Positions 12,881 to 25,800 of a stretch of DNA of 64,000 nucleotides are shown here, piece after piece (within the stretch, counting starts at the first letter, position 1; every line of letters starts with the position of its first letter). The DNA is from Klebsormidium nitens (lineage: Eukaryota; Plantae; Klebsormidiophyceae). The stretch lies in assembly GCA_000708835.1 (NCBI GenBank), contig DF236971.1, forward strand, positions 186,001-250,000. Reading direction: 5' to 3'. Both the position numbers and the translations under genes were made by a program. The notes beneath the pieces were generated by a model. The model made no database searches, was not told the origin of the DNA, and saw nothing but the letters and a program-made list of their open reading frames with translations.

Positions 12881-15800
12881 CTAGACGTACGTACTTTCCT
12901 GCGGCATGTTACAAAGAGCCCTCATCGTGTTGCTAGCCACATCCAGTAGTTGGAGGTATTCGTCTCCCCCGTCGATCAAACACTGCAACCAACACAAGAA
13001 AGAAGTTTAACAGCCTGCCCTTGCGAGCTGCTGCGCAGCAGGAATGAGTGCCCATCGATCCCATCCTTCCGCGGCTTCGGACCGCCATGCCTCGACCGCT
13101 CATCCCCAAGCAGGCGCTCGCTTGACACTTGCTCAGCTGTTGACCAGTTGGCTTGAAAGCCCATCCCCAGCACTAAAAGTTTGGCGAACAGAGGTCGGGC
13201 GCTTAGAGCGGTCTGCAGGCTTGTCCCGTGCAGCAAGGTCTTACAAAATATCGGAATACCATCAACTGGGTGTGACAGTTGCAAGTCCAAGCGTGTCAGG
13301 TAGCGCGCCGGCAGCCCACCTTATCGGCCTCGGCCACTCGCTCGCATATCCGCGCCTTCTGCTCGTCGGTGACGTCCTCCGCCCGTACCACCTCGTCGTG
13401 AAGCTGCGCAAGGAAAATCAATCGCAACAGTCACACGAGATTCAAAAGAAGGCTTCGAGCGATCGTAAAACCGTTACCTTGTCCTGCAAAGAGAGAAGTG
13501 TCTCGCTAGAGGCAGCACAAAAGTAAAGGCTCAAATAAAGCTTGCTTGCTTGAAGCTTGAAGATGGAGACCCAGCCCCTCAGAGGAGGTCGAATGCTTCA
13601 TTGCTTGGGCGGCACATCGGGACGTCGGGAGTGCGGGGGCAACGGATGTCCAAAGGCGCCGCAACAATTCCGTAGCTCCACAATAAAGTGCGTGAGACGA
13701 CATTTCCACGGCTCCACGTTTCGCGCTCTCAAAGCATTGCCGTGTCAGGAAACAGACCACCAAACGGGAAACACTAGCCTCCTGTTGACTCTTCGACAAC
13801 ACTTTTGAGTTTCGTGAATCTGTGATACAAGAGAGTAGACACGAAGGCTCCGTCGAGCCTTTCAGATCTGGCCTTCTTCAAGCATGCAGCGCCCAGGCTG
13901 CGTCTCACGCCCTCTCCTGCAAATCCGCATAGACACTCTCCCGCTACGACCAGCGGTTGGCCACTCATCCTCAATATGCTCGTGTCTTCTGGGCTAGTTC
14001 CCATGCTGATGTTTGAAGCTCACCTGGGAGAGGATCTGCGACACCGCATACCCGTCCGCAATGATGTCCGTGACCGTCCCCTGGGCCTTGTCGTAGTCGC
14101 CGCTCCGACATGACGTCAGCAGCTTCTCGATGACGTCGTCCGGGACCACCTGCGGCAAAAGCCGGCGAAGCTTGCAGTCGACCACAAGTTGCCGAGCACA
14201 ACCAGAAGCATCAGCAATTGTGGCCAAATCACCGTCATGAGCGGTTTCACTGGCATGAGCTCGGAAAGGACTGAGAGTTGGGATTCGCCTTTAAAATTAT
14301 GAGAGCAGGCTCGGGGAATATGCTCTCATGAAGCTTTCTGCAGCAGGGCGTCAACATCCGACCCGAACTTTGTAACAGGGTCTTTTCTGTTGCCTTTCTT
14401 ACACCTTTCTTACATCAGATCCGAAGTAGCAGACTCGTTCACGAGTGAGGCCAAAGAGCGGTCCAAAAGAGCGGATCTCTGTAGGCTGTAGGCAAGGAAG
14501 CGGAGCACTTTGCGGGCCAAACATTCCTGCCTACACTTGAAGCTGCACAAACTCCGCACAATTCGAGAGATGCTGTAAGAAGGACGAAGCCTTACCCCCG
14601 AAACGCTGATAATGTTTTCGCTGCTGATGCGGGACCCGAACAGTCGGCTCGCGCTCTGGAGGCACGTGATCGCTCGCCGCATGTCGCCTCCCGAGACTTT
14701 TCCCAGCGTGTTCAAAGCCTGGGGCAAGAACCCGGGAAAAACGCTCGGGTCAAGAACACACGGGGAAAAGAAGTGGTAGTAAAAAAAGCACCTGAAAGGA
14801 ACGGTCGGGTAGGCATCTGACGGCTCTGATGCGGAGGGGACGGATTGCGATGTCGATGCTACGTCGACCATCATGATGATATGATGTGGGAATCCACAAA
14901 AACCTCTGAAAACGCAAGTTGACGATACTCTGTCGGTGGGGCGGGCCTTTTGGGCCCTGTATCGCAGAGTGCATCAATCCCGTTGACCGTCTAACTTTTA
15001 TGTTGAGCGTGCTACATCGGAACTTCCGGGCTGGGCGGCCAAAATCACCCAACTGTGGCCGGCGCCTTTGCCCGGGCACGTAGAGTTGGAAAATCACGTT
15101 CATTGGTGTATTTGCCGAGCAGGGCGGCTAGTTCGACAGCTTTGGTGCAGCACGATGAGTTACCAGTCATTGCCGTGGACCATCCGCACACTCGGGCTCA
15201 AGTCCGGGGGTGCTGTCGGGGGTACCCCCGAAGTTCTGAAACTCTGCGATCAAACTCCATAAATCCTGAAGCCCCTGAAACTGTTGTGCTCTGAAGTTAT
15301 TGATGACTTGACATTATGAGGTCCTCACCAATCCAAATCTACCAGAAGTGAACGGACAGCGTCGCTATGAGGCCGAGGCTCTACAGCCGTCAAACCTATC
15401 AGTATCACCTGATAAGCAGAGAGTCTCAAGCGACTGTACTTACCTCGTCGTCAAGGGAAAGGCCCTCCTCCCGACAGATGTACTGGATGCGGTCCGTCAT
15501 GATCTCCCGCCCCAGGGGTTTGAACCGGAACTTGGCGCACCGGGACGCCAATGGCTCAATGATTCTGCAAACATCAGCAACTGGTCTTGAGATGTGGGGT
15601 CGCCAATGGCTCAATTATTCTGCACGCATCAGCAGCTGGTCTTGAAACCTTGGGGTCTGTTAGTGTTCCAAATCTGGGAACAGGGCTGTAGAGTTGTAGG
15701 GGGGTGACAAACGGCATACTTTTCCAGGTTCCGTCTTCAGGTCCAAGGAAGGTCGAGAGTTGCCATCGAGCGACTAAAAATCGTCATCTTCGCTGGAAGC

Positions 15801-18086
15801 CTTCCGACGAGCAGGACCAATTGTCGAAAGTGACGAGAAGCACGCAGTCGGAGAGCCAAGCTTGTAGCCAAGATTCCAGGCTGAATGAATTCGTCAAGTC
15901 CGAACTTTGACCACTGGCCAAAGCTAGGAGATAACCAAAAGATGCACAATCATGAAGAGATGGGACTGCAGGCTGTTTCACTGTAAAGTCCTTCTGAGCA
16001 AAGGAAACGCCACTCATGCGTCTGCTGGGCTCCTCACCTGCTGATGTAATTGCAGATGAAACAGAAGCGGGTGACTTTGGAGTACGTCTCCATAGTTCGT
16101 CGCAGCGCATTCTGCACGAGTTCGACACTTATGTCAAGGAGCGACCGGGCTCTCAAAAAACGGGTCCGGCCGAGGCTTGCCCCTCCCGAAACAACGGTTA
16201 CCTTTCCCCTCCGTGTAACCTTCACAAATGCTTCTCTCGTGCACAATCGACAGTCAGAGCATGGGTCGCTGCAAAGAACGCCAATTGCTGAAACTTATCC
16301 CAAACCGTACATTGCACCGGATGCGACACTGCAAAGATACGTCAAAATTGCTAGCGCAATCGAGCCACACCCTGTACAAACCCCATACTCAACTTACAAA
16401 CTGTCCTTTCGGAATGATGTCCACAAACTGGAGCCAATCAAGCGGGGTTCCAAAAGTACGCTTAGGTGTCTCGCAAGCCGTGTCGTCTGTTGATCACTAA
16501 TGTTGACCCGTGTCCTTCATAAGCAAACACCATCTGGTTTCAGCACCCTGACGAAATTTGTCTCAGGGACCTCGAAACACCGTTGAAATGCAAGCACCGA
16601 AAAAGAAAGAAAGAAAGCCTAGTATTCGTGCTAGGTAGTCGTATCTCCTCAAACAGTATCCAAGTAAACAAGTCTCTCGCGTTGGGATTGCATTTAAGTT
16701 ACAGGCGGGCAAAGCTCACCTGTGCGTCCTCGGTCATCGAGTCCGCCTCATCCAGAATGAGCACCTTGAAGGGCGGGCAGGGGTAACCGCTCACGCCTGG
16801 CCCAACTGCCACCGCCGCAAAGTCCTTTATCTTTGTGCGCACCACATTGATCCCCCGGTCGTCGCTGGCGTTCAACTCCAAAACCCGCGTCTTGACCAGT
16901 TCAGGCCTGGGTAGAGAGCTTGGTTCAAGTAAACTGAATTATTCAAAGAAAGCTCGCAAAACAGATGAGCCTTTCGACTGCTGCTACTTTCTACAGCAGC
17001 TAAGGGCGCCCTTAACCCACTTTGGCCCACTGAAGAAACGTCCAGTCACTTCAAACCCATATCACCTCATACTGCTGAATTCCACTCAGTCGCTCCTTAC
17101 ATCTGTGTCCATAGAAATTGGCCAAATCAGACTGCACAGAGGAATGTGCACAGAGAAACTTGCACCCACCCAAAGAGTTGCCGAGCAATAGCAAGTGCGG
17201 TCGTCGTCTTGCCCGTCCCTGGTGGCCCGTAGAATAGCAAGTGCGGCAGGTTGCCCGTCTCGAGCGAGTTCCTGAGCGTCTTGACGACCTCCTCTTGAGA
17301 TGCGACATCATTTACATTCCGGGGACGGCTGCACAAGGCGCATGCTTCAGCAGTTGCAGTAGACTTGAAGGTTCCCTCTTTTTCCAAACAGACAGACGGA
17401 CTCCGGCGCTGATGCAGGATGGAGGCTGTTTGTTAATCGATAATGCTGCATGCGCTGAGCTTGTTCGGTGTCGTCACGAGGTGGTGCGGTCATTTGCTGT
17501 GTCTTTACGGTTGCTGACCGGAAGCTTCACAGCTGCTATGAGCTCGTGCAATTATGTGGCGGACTTTTCAGGACACTATGATCCGATGAGGCCATCTAGA
17601 AAGTATGGTAGAACTGCAAATCTACAATGCACCTTTTGTTGCTTCAACGGTGTTACAACAAAATCAAATGCTGAATTGTTGAAAGACTGAAACACTCTTT
17701 TGAGTGATGCATATTTGAGTGCCGCTCTGCATAAAGCATAGCATTGCGGACTACAGAATTGAATGCAGTGTTGACGGCACAGAGGCTCTGCCCATTAAGT
17801 GCATTTTTGGTTTTATTGGTGATGAGCTGACTGGATTGGTAGGTCGGGCCTTGTTTGGTAGAAGAAGCAAGATTACGTAGCAGTCTGCACATGGGGCAAG
17901 AGACAACAGACCTGGTCGGAGGTGCATAGCAAAGAAAGTTCCTCTTGATCTAATCCTTGTGCTAGAGCAGGCCAGAAGAAGAACTATGTATCTGTAAAAA
18001 CACAGAACCAACAACGCATTCAAGTGTGTCTCCACTTACTATTTCTCGACCCAGGGCTGGGTGGAAGGACCCGGCATTGGAGCCAT
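12881..18086 (-). CDS. RFC4: Replication factor C small subunit (RFC4 / yeast Rfc2 type), 340 aa, 9 exons
   Basis: complement(join(12881-12982,13320-13403,14024-14149,14596-14718,15444-15564,16038-16111,16720-16906,17170-17328,18040-18086)). Motifs PWVEKYRP, Walker [19 protein letters not shown], Walker [18 protein letters not shown]. All phases consistent. Confidence 0.97.
15546..15646 (-). repeat. 55 bp tandem duplication of RFC4 exon 5 acceptor plus exon start
   Basis: cgccaatggctcaat.attctgca..catcagca.ctggtcttga at 15546 and 15601. Decoy AG at 15620, real AG at 15565. Confidence 0.85.
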
Positions 18087-18845
18087 GCCCGTCAGGTGCA
18101 CTCCCCACGTCTTTCGTTATATGTGTTCCTTTTCTGAAAACAGCAACTTAGAGTAGGGTTCTGGCGTGACTGCAATAAATGCCTACTAGCATGCAGACAG
18201 ACGAAAGAAGCACCCCGGATGGTGATGTCAACAGCCCCTGGTGTAGGAGCTCCTCTACCCTTTTTTGAAGTTTGATATGCAAGATATCCAGATTGGAGTT
18301 GGTATAAGATCGCTAGCGCAGGGAGATTGGATCGATGCAGAGCGTGCCGTTCAATTCCTAATGAGAGTAAAAGATCGAGGGACCTTTGTATTAACGTCCT
18401 TTCGTTTGAAGCTTTTCTTGCCCTTGCAAACGAGAGTGCCATGCACAAGCTGACAAGGAGCGGCGCAAAACAATTTGCAACACCATCCCCTGCAGATGGT
18501 CATGCTAGGCAATATGTTTCGAAGAGTTTTGGCGCGAAACCATAGGGCCGAGGTTTGCAAGTCCAATCGGACGCTAGACAGTAAAGCCACGTGGATTGTG
18601 TTTGGACTTTTCGGAGCTTACAGCCGTTCGATGAACCTGAGCTGAGGGGGCCTAGAAAAGTCAGCTGGCCCAGATGTGCTTGTGAGTGTTGCTTTTGTGC
18701 GGCGTGGCTTTCGAACTTCGAGTAGGTAATTCCTGGAACTTAGAGTTGCACATGGCCAAGAGAGCTTGTCAATGTATTAGCTCTGCAGTTGTATGAGCGC
18801 TTTAGAAGGTGCATTCTGCAATTCCTTGTTGGCCGCTTTTCAGAG
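18087..18845. promoter_or_regulatory. Probable bidirectional promoter and 5' UTR region shared by RFC4 and the LysM gene
   Basis: Divergent starts 760 bp apart. An acceptor ttttcag|AG ATG at 18843 suggests a 5' UTR intron. Confidence 0.35.
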
Positions 18846-20473
18846 ATGGCCGTCGGCATCTCCCACGTCAACGCTGGGGCTTTGACGACGTCGTTTTTGC
18901 CTACTTTGAAAAGCGGCACGGGGGCACCCGTGCAGGGTCGCCGCGTTGCAAGGAGGCTGACCCACATTTGCGCTTACACCGTCGCAGTAAGCCTCCAATC
19001 CTGGTATGAGGATTTTCTAGTTGAATCCGAAAGAAAGTGACCGGGAGACGACTTATTCTTGTCAATCTGTTTTAGCCTGATGGAGGGCTACTGAGAATCA
19101 TTCTTTGTATCAATTTGTTCCTGGCCAAAGAAGCCGTCATTTGGGCAATTGTCGTAGGTACGGCCCGGATGTCGGCTTCAGTGGCATCAACCAATGCCTG
19201 GCCTTTGCACTCATGTCAGATCTTCAAATCAAAAGTTTTGGCAAAACCAGATGTCTTAGAGCTTTTTGTTGGATTGGTTCCATGTCAATATCTGAAGTGC
19301 GCCTCGTGCCTCTTCAGATTACCTGAGAATTAGTTCTGATTGGAACGTGCCCTAGGAAGTCTCACATTCATTTTGTCCTCAACCTGAGAACAGCCGCAGC
19401 TGCTGCCAATCAGAGGACTCGCATGGATTTAGCCAAAAGGAATCCACCTGTGAAAAGAACACATTAGCCGCAGATCTTTTGCCTCGGTGTGGATTCCGAT
19501 TCGGAGGTCTGCATTTGCCCAACCATCCAACGGTATCTTTCAAAAGTTGTCCAGAATTTACCAGCCTAAATTAGCGGACTGGCAACTGCTGAGGTCACAT
19601 TTAGCCTGTTGAAATCGCAAGTGATGCGGTCCAATCGCAGACTCTGTGTACATTTCAGCTCCAAATGGAGTCCAGATCACTCAAGATTCTCACATTCAGG
19701 CGGATTGGAGAACTCAGAAAGTCTCTCGAGTTCCATGCCATGAACAAGCTGCATTAGTTCCTTGTGCCATGGGCATCCGCTGATTGTCAGATACAGATTA
19801 AACGATTCCAAATTTTGGATCTGATGAAGCAGAGTCTCTTGACTTGAAAAGCCTTCCCGAGATATCAACTTCTGATACTATGCCGGGTAGCAGTAGCCGC
19901 CTTGTTGGACAATGCTGCAAAGAGTCACCATTATGATCAACAGATATCAGTATTGGAGTTAACGTCGACCAATTGTGGGCAGACATTGAGAGTTTGCAAG
20001 GATAAATCGATTCGGTGCAGTGGTGTAAAAGAGGGAATCCTGTACAGCCCGTCAATCCAAAGGCAATTTCCGGTTTCTCATAACCTTCTCTCTGACGCAG
20101 ATTCACCTTTTTCTCTGACAGTTTCAGTTGCATTGACGCAAACCCTGTCAAACTTAAAAACCATCTCCAGTGCTACGGGCTGGGCCATCCAAATTGCAGA
20201 GTGGTATTTTTGGTCATGTTGTCGAGAGAATTTAAGGTCGTAGTCCATGATTGTTGGAGCCATACTTTCATTGTTGTCACAAAAGCTTATGGTTGTGGTC
20301 CAATGAGAGATTACTTGTAGAACATACTCCTCCCCCTGCTGCAGCCTGGGGATACCCTATGGAAGATCTCGCAGAAGGAGGGCGTAAATTTTGCAGCCCT
20401 TAAGGAGGCAAACAAGAATATCCTCAACCCAAATGTGATTTATCCTGGCCAGACGGTCATCGTTTCTGGGTGA
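18846..20473 (+). CDS. Small protein (89 aa): transit-peptide-like N-terminus plus a single LysM domain
   Basis: join(18846-18986,20345-20473), GCA|gtaagc ... tgcag|CCT. The splice reconstitutes YTVAPGDTLWKISQKEGVNFAALKEANKNILNPNVIYPGQTVIV, a canonical LysM. The N-terminal 43 aa are S/T/A/R-rich with no acidic residues. GG|gtgagc at the stop could be a donor to a further exon. Confidence 0.85.
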
Positions 20474-22192
20474 GCTAGTGCTTCCGCTAACGGCCCTGAC
20501 TTTCTTTTCCTATGACCTTCCCTTTTCAAACAAGCAATCAAGACCGCCCTGTTTCCTCTCTACATAAGTTAAGAAGAAAAAGACAGTCTCAAGAAAAGGA
20601 TTAGATTCACTTCCACATCCGAAGAGTATAGATACTTCTCCAGTTTAAGAAGGATTGGGTGCCAGTTTTTTCCGATAACGTTGCTTCTCCGCCTCCATCA
20701 AAAAGAAAGAGCGGTAGCGCTTGTGGCTCACGTGGGCATGACAATATAAAAGGGGGTCAGTTTTGACAACTCGATTCTCTTGTCGGACAGTGTTCAGGGA
20801 TTGCTGACTTTCTGTTGCAAACTGCAAACCACTGGGTTTCGAACCTCTTCGATGTCTAGTCTTCTCATGCTTCTGAGAAAATGTGGAGAATGTGAAAGCG
20901 TGCCAAAACGCGAGTTACTGGACAGAACCTACGTAATCAGGGAATCGATTCTGTGTACCTCCAAAACCAAATTGAACCTCCGCAAATTGAAGCTCGAAGG
21001 TTCATCCTTGCAGGAAGGTCGCGACCACCTCTGTTGCCCCTTCTGGCTTAACCCCGAAGCAGAAGAATATCGGGGTGACAATCATCTTTGTGCTCCTGGG
21101 TGCGGCTATCTACTCCATTTTTGCAAGTAAGAAGACGGAGGAAGAGCCTATCTCCACCTAAGGCTGCGAGACGGCGAGATGGCGAGACGTCATCATGCAG
21201 GTCAGCTTGCACAGGATTCATGTGTTGCAGTAGGAAAGAACCAACGGTTAGGCTCTTGGTTCGTTTGTCAGGTCTGACAGAAGCGTACATAACTTAGGAT
21301 ATTTATCCTCCTAGCCTCTGAGGAGCTGGGAGTTCGTGCAATTGCTTCTACAAGCTTTGAACAGATAGAAATTGTGTTTGGTTGCGGACATGGATACGAT
21401 ACGTAGAAAGGTTCTTTTACTACGTGTTTGAACAAGGACACCACAGACTGCTCCTCCAGGGCAAACTTAACGGCAGCTGCAGCAGCATCCTGATAAGTTG
21501 GTTGGTGCACACGTTGCACCTAAGCTTTTGAAAATCAAGTTTAAACAACTCCAAGCGCTCCGACTGCCAGGTTGACGTCACGTGACTCAGTGACCGGGGA
21601 TGCCTAACGAATGAATCAGAATTTTGCAGCACATGCATATAATCTGGATGCTCGTTTGGATTCTTGACCGGAGTGAGCAGTTCATGCTTGCCCGACAAGC
21701 ATATGCAGTACATAGCCGCACTGCACCACTTTCTGCTCGATCTGAGCCGGCCATGTCGTGCATGTATCGTGTTGATCCATGGTAGATCTACCGATTGGAT
21801 TTATGCCGTTGGCACTGCTCACAAGCATTGCCGCGCCAATATTTTGAAAGCCCACCTCAGCGCACTATGACGCTATGATGACGTTTTACATGCGCGATAC
21901 AGGTACTATCAACAAACGTAGTCGTTGGATGGACACGAATTGCATGAGACGTTGATATAGCTGGGCACAAACACCGCGACGTGCGCGGGCGGTCTATTCG
22001 AATGATCAATGATTGATGCAGTGCATATGGTGTTATTGATGAGGCGGCCGCGGACTCATAGATGGCGGCTGCACGTTAAGCTACCATGAAGGCCTGCACG
22101 CATCATCACACAACGTAGCGTCACTAAGTCAAGCTATAGGCGGCCGCGCTGTATTTAGGCCAGTGGTTATAAAGGCATCGATCATTGAGCAT

Positions 22193-22287
22193 GCCAGGAG
22201 TGACTCACTTTCACGCAGTCGTGAGAAAGCTCAGTATTGTCAACGTCACAGTGTGGTATACCCATTGCTAGCCAGGAGTGACTCACT
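22193..22287. repeat. Perfect 17 bp direct repeat gccaggagtgactcact, 78 bp apart
   Basis: Copies at 22193-22209 and 22271-22287. The core agtgactcact is an interrupted palindrome containing TGACTCA. Confidence 0.8.
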
Positions 22288-22829
22288 GGCCGAATCGAGC
22301 TGAGTCCGTTGTTGAGTCAATGGACAAGTTTTTTACATGTCAGCTACTGAAGCGCTTCATTCGAGTCGCGAGGAGAAGCATGCTCGTTGCATGTGCAGCC
22401 AGTCCGGGCCGGTCATCAACGTTGCCGAAAATCAAATGAAGACATCTGGCAACGTACCCTTGAGCGCTAAGTTCAAGTACGTGTTGACGACAAGAGCACA
22501 CTGAGCGACTAGCCGCTGAGCCGGTTCATCAAGACCTGATGCGCTGTACTTTCAGGTCCATCTGCGTTTGTTGGTGTGTTGGAGGTCTATCGGCCCGGAT
22601 CACATGATCATATTGCTCGATTGATCCCTGTTTTTCCAACTTACATGATCATGTAACTTGCTGGTGCCGCATGCACTGCCACTCTTGATCGCTATCAATT
22701 GCAAGGCGTATTCTCCACATTACTGCCAGGGTTAGAGTTTGCTCATGACTCGTTGTGACGCAGCTCTTCCTCATAGGAGGTGGTCAAGTACATAGAAATA
22801 TCATCACGTCTATTTCGTACGCCTTGGCG

Positions 22830-25800
22830 CTAGTGATGTGAACCTACCGTCTCGCCTTCTTCCGGTCGCACGATTTCGTCCTTTCCTTCACGGAACTGGC
22901 GAGGGCGGGAAATGAAGTGGCCTCGTATGATGGCCTCCCCCTTTTTCACCTCGTTCACGGGGCCGATCAAGAAGATCTTGTCAGGCGGCCCTGCAGTCAG
23001 GCTGGATCAATCAGACACGAATAGAGGACTGAAGCCTATATCACTAGAATGAGAAGATAGCAGATTTGAAACAGGCGTACCGCGCTCCGCTTTCATCTGT
23101 TGTTTTTGGAGACCAACTCAGGCGTGGAAAGACGCGGTAGGGACTTTGTGGAGTGTAGCGAAGAGCTCAATTGGCCTTTCTTCACGAGCAGAAAACGTCA
23201 AAGAAGCCTGTCTGTTTTCGACATCTTATGACACTATAGTCCTATAGTTTGAAGGTACGCCCGGTGGTGATCGGGCGGTAAACCAAGATTCTACACGGAC
23301 GAAGCGAAACCAACGGGTCGGGGACGGGATTGATTAAACGGCGACATTTAGTGGCGCCAGGGCGGAGGAGCAAAAGTTCGCCCAGCAGAAACAATCAGCA
23401 GGTCGGGACCTGAACCGATCAGCTGAACATCAACGTCAAGAGCAAAGACAGCAGCTTAGAAGCAAGTACAGCCTCAGGATTATCAAAGCAGTCAACTTCG
23501 GAAGCAGCACCTCGTATCCCGCCCGTGAAGATGTCCGCTTCGACCGACTTCTTGAGCGCGACGATGGCCTCGCCCTTCCTCCCGATGACGCGCCCCATCT
23601 TGCCAGCTGGCACCTCCACAACCACCAGCGCCTCTTCGTACGGCCGCTTGTCGTACGACTCGTGGTCTGCACGTCCGAAGGGACGTCGGGGTTAGCTTGA
23701 CCGGAACACTGAAACATGGTTAGGCTCTGATTAAGGTGACTAGTGCACGGGGAGTACGCACGCATGCGGGTGCGGCCTCGTAGGGCCGCTTGTCGTACGA
23801 CTCGTGAACTGCACGTTCAAAGGATTCGAGGGTAACTTGTACCGCGAGTTGAGAGCTCGGATTGGGTCCTGCTTAAAGTGACTTGTGCCTGGGAAGGAGG
23901 ACTGCGGGTGCGGGAGTCGCAAAACCGGCAAGTGCAAAGCAATAGTTCCGGGGTCCGTGTGATCATCGCCGCAAAAACCGGGCACATGTTTGAAGGACTG
24001 AAACGGAGACTGGTCTTGACGTGCAGTCTTTGAGCTTCGAGACGTCCAAATCGGTCTCTGCAGTCGCCCTGCAGATGCATGGCAAGGTCAAGTGCCGCCC
24101 CGTTCCTGGATCCTCAGCAATACGAGACACAAAGCTACTCAATTGAGTAACATATTACAGAGAGATTGGTCGGTTCGAGCGTAATAATGTATGGTAAAGA
24201 CAGTTTTGAACATTAGTACTCCATGAAAGTGTCGTCCCATCAGCCTCAAATGATCGATGGAGTTTGCAAATGCAGCATCTCAAATGCGGATCCTCTCCCG
24301 ACAGATCTTTTGCCGTCTTTTACAGGAGGAGAACGAGCTGCGGTACCTGGCATGGGCGGCACGGGCGGCCAGTCGCTCTCCTTGCTGTTCCCGTGGCCTA
24401 TGCAGAAGCAGCGCGCGGACAGCTCGCCACGTGCCCTCAGCTGCCACCGCCCGTACACGTCCAGTTGAGCATTCATGGTCGCCCACAGCTCTGCGCCGAA
24501 AGAGTGGCTTTCACTTCAAATTCAAAACAGTCTCCACTGGTAACTACTTCGACGAGTGTTTCGGCTTCGGCCTCGAGCTGGGCTTAATCTGCTACCCTCT
24601 GCACAAATTCAAACCTTGTTTGCCAGAGTACCGAACACATCAACCTTCTTTGGCTGGGTACGTAGAGATCTTCCCACAAATCATCGTGCCAAGCAGGAGT
24701 TCCCAGCACATATCTAGCCCATAGTGCACTGAATTGCATCGAAGTTGCTCAGCAGCCAAGAAACCGGCCGAGGACTCGTTCAGCGGGTATGGAAGGCGGA
24801 ACTCGCACAGCGGAACCGGACTGACCTGGGAGGTACCGCACGTCGCCGGCCGCCACCCGCTTCATTTGCTCCGTCATGGGGCGCCTCGCCCAGAAGGTCT
24901 CGTCCTTTCGCAGCATGGCGCGGACGTCCAACTTCTCCTTGTAGCTCCGGCCTGCGTCCGAAAAAGACGAAATGCTCAGCAAGTGTAGTTTTACTTGCGT
25001 GCTCTATATCGTAGGACTGTGTCAAAAATAGGTATTCCGTCCGTGTGAGTCGTTCTGCGCACTTGGTGTATGGCGCGGACGTCCACTTTCTCCTTGTAAC
25101 TCCGGCTCCGTCCGTGAAAAACGCGTTGCTCAGCTTGTGAACATTTGCACGCCCCAGAGCGTGCTTTGAATTTATGCGTCACATCCGGTCCATTCGCTCT
25201 GAGTAGTAGCTTTGCACAAGAACTTTTGCAGAAGTCTGCAAGTAGCCGCCCAATGGATGGAAGCCACTCATTTTCCTACGTAGGCAGACTACAACATGAG
25301 TCTCTTACTTGGCGGTCTTGTATGACATCTTACTAAACTTTGACCGGCCCAGAGAAATGTCATTTTCGCAACGATCTCCCCGGACTTTTCTCAAACATGG
25401 CGTCAGGGACTCGAAGACGATCTCAAGCACGAACTTGAAAAAAGTCCTCGGTGTCCTTTGCCGAGTCTCCAAAATCGTGGGTGCAGAAGCTATGAGGTGC
25501 ACCTACTTGCGCATCAGCAGGCACATGACGAGCTTTTTGCGGCTAATCCATGCAGTCACACGAAACTTATCAGAAGTGAAACGCATTTTGAGGAGCTTCG
25601 AACAAACGGTCCAGGAAAGCAAGCACAAGAAACATACTATTCCGAAAAGATCCACAATCCCGCAACCATCGTGCACTAGGGTCCTGCCTAATCGAAAACA
25701 ATGAAAATCATCAAGCAAGACATGGTCTCCCCGCGCCGGCGCCTCACCGCCGTATCGCTTGTCCTCCAGTAGCTTGACGAACGAAATGTACGTCTGGTCG

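Noticed and set aside
20645-21713. Possible - strand gene or transposase fragments
   Set aside because: Some splice-like sites and short open frames, but no consistent frame, family motif or terminal repeats.
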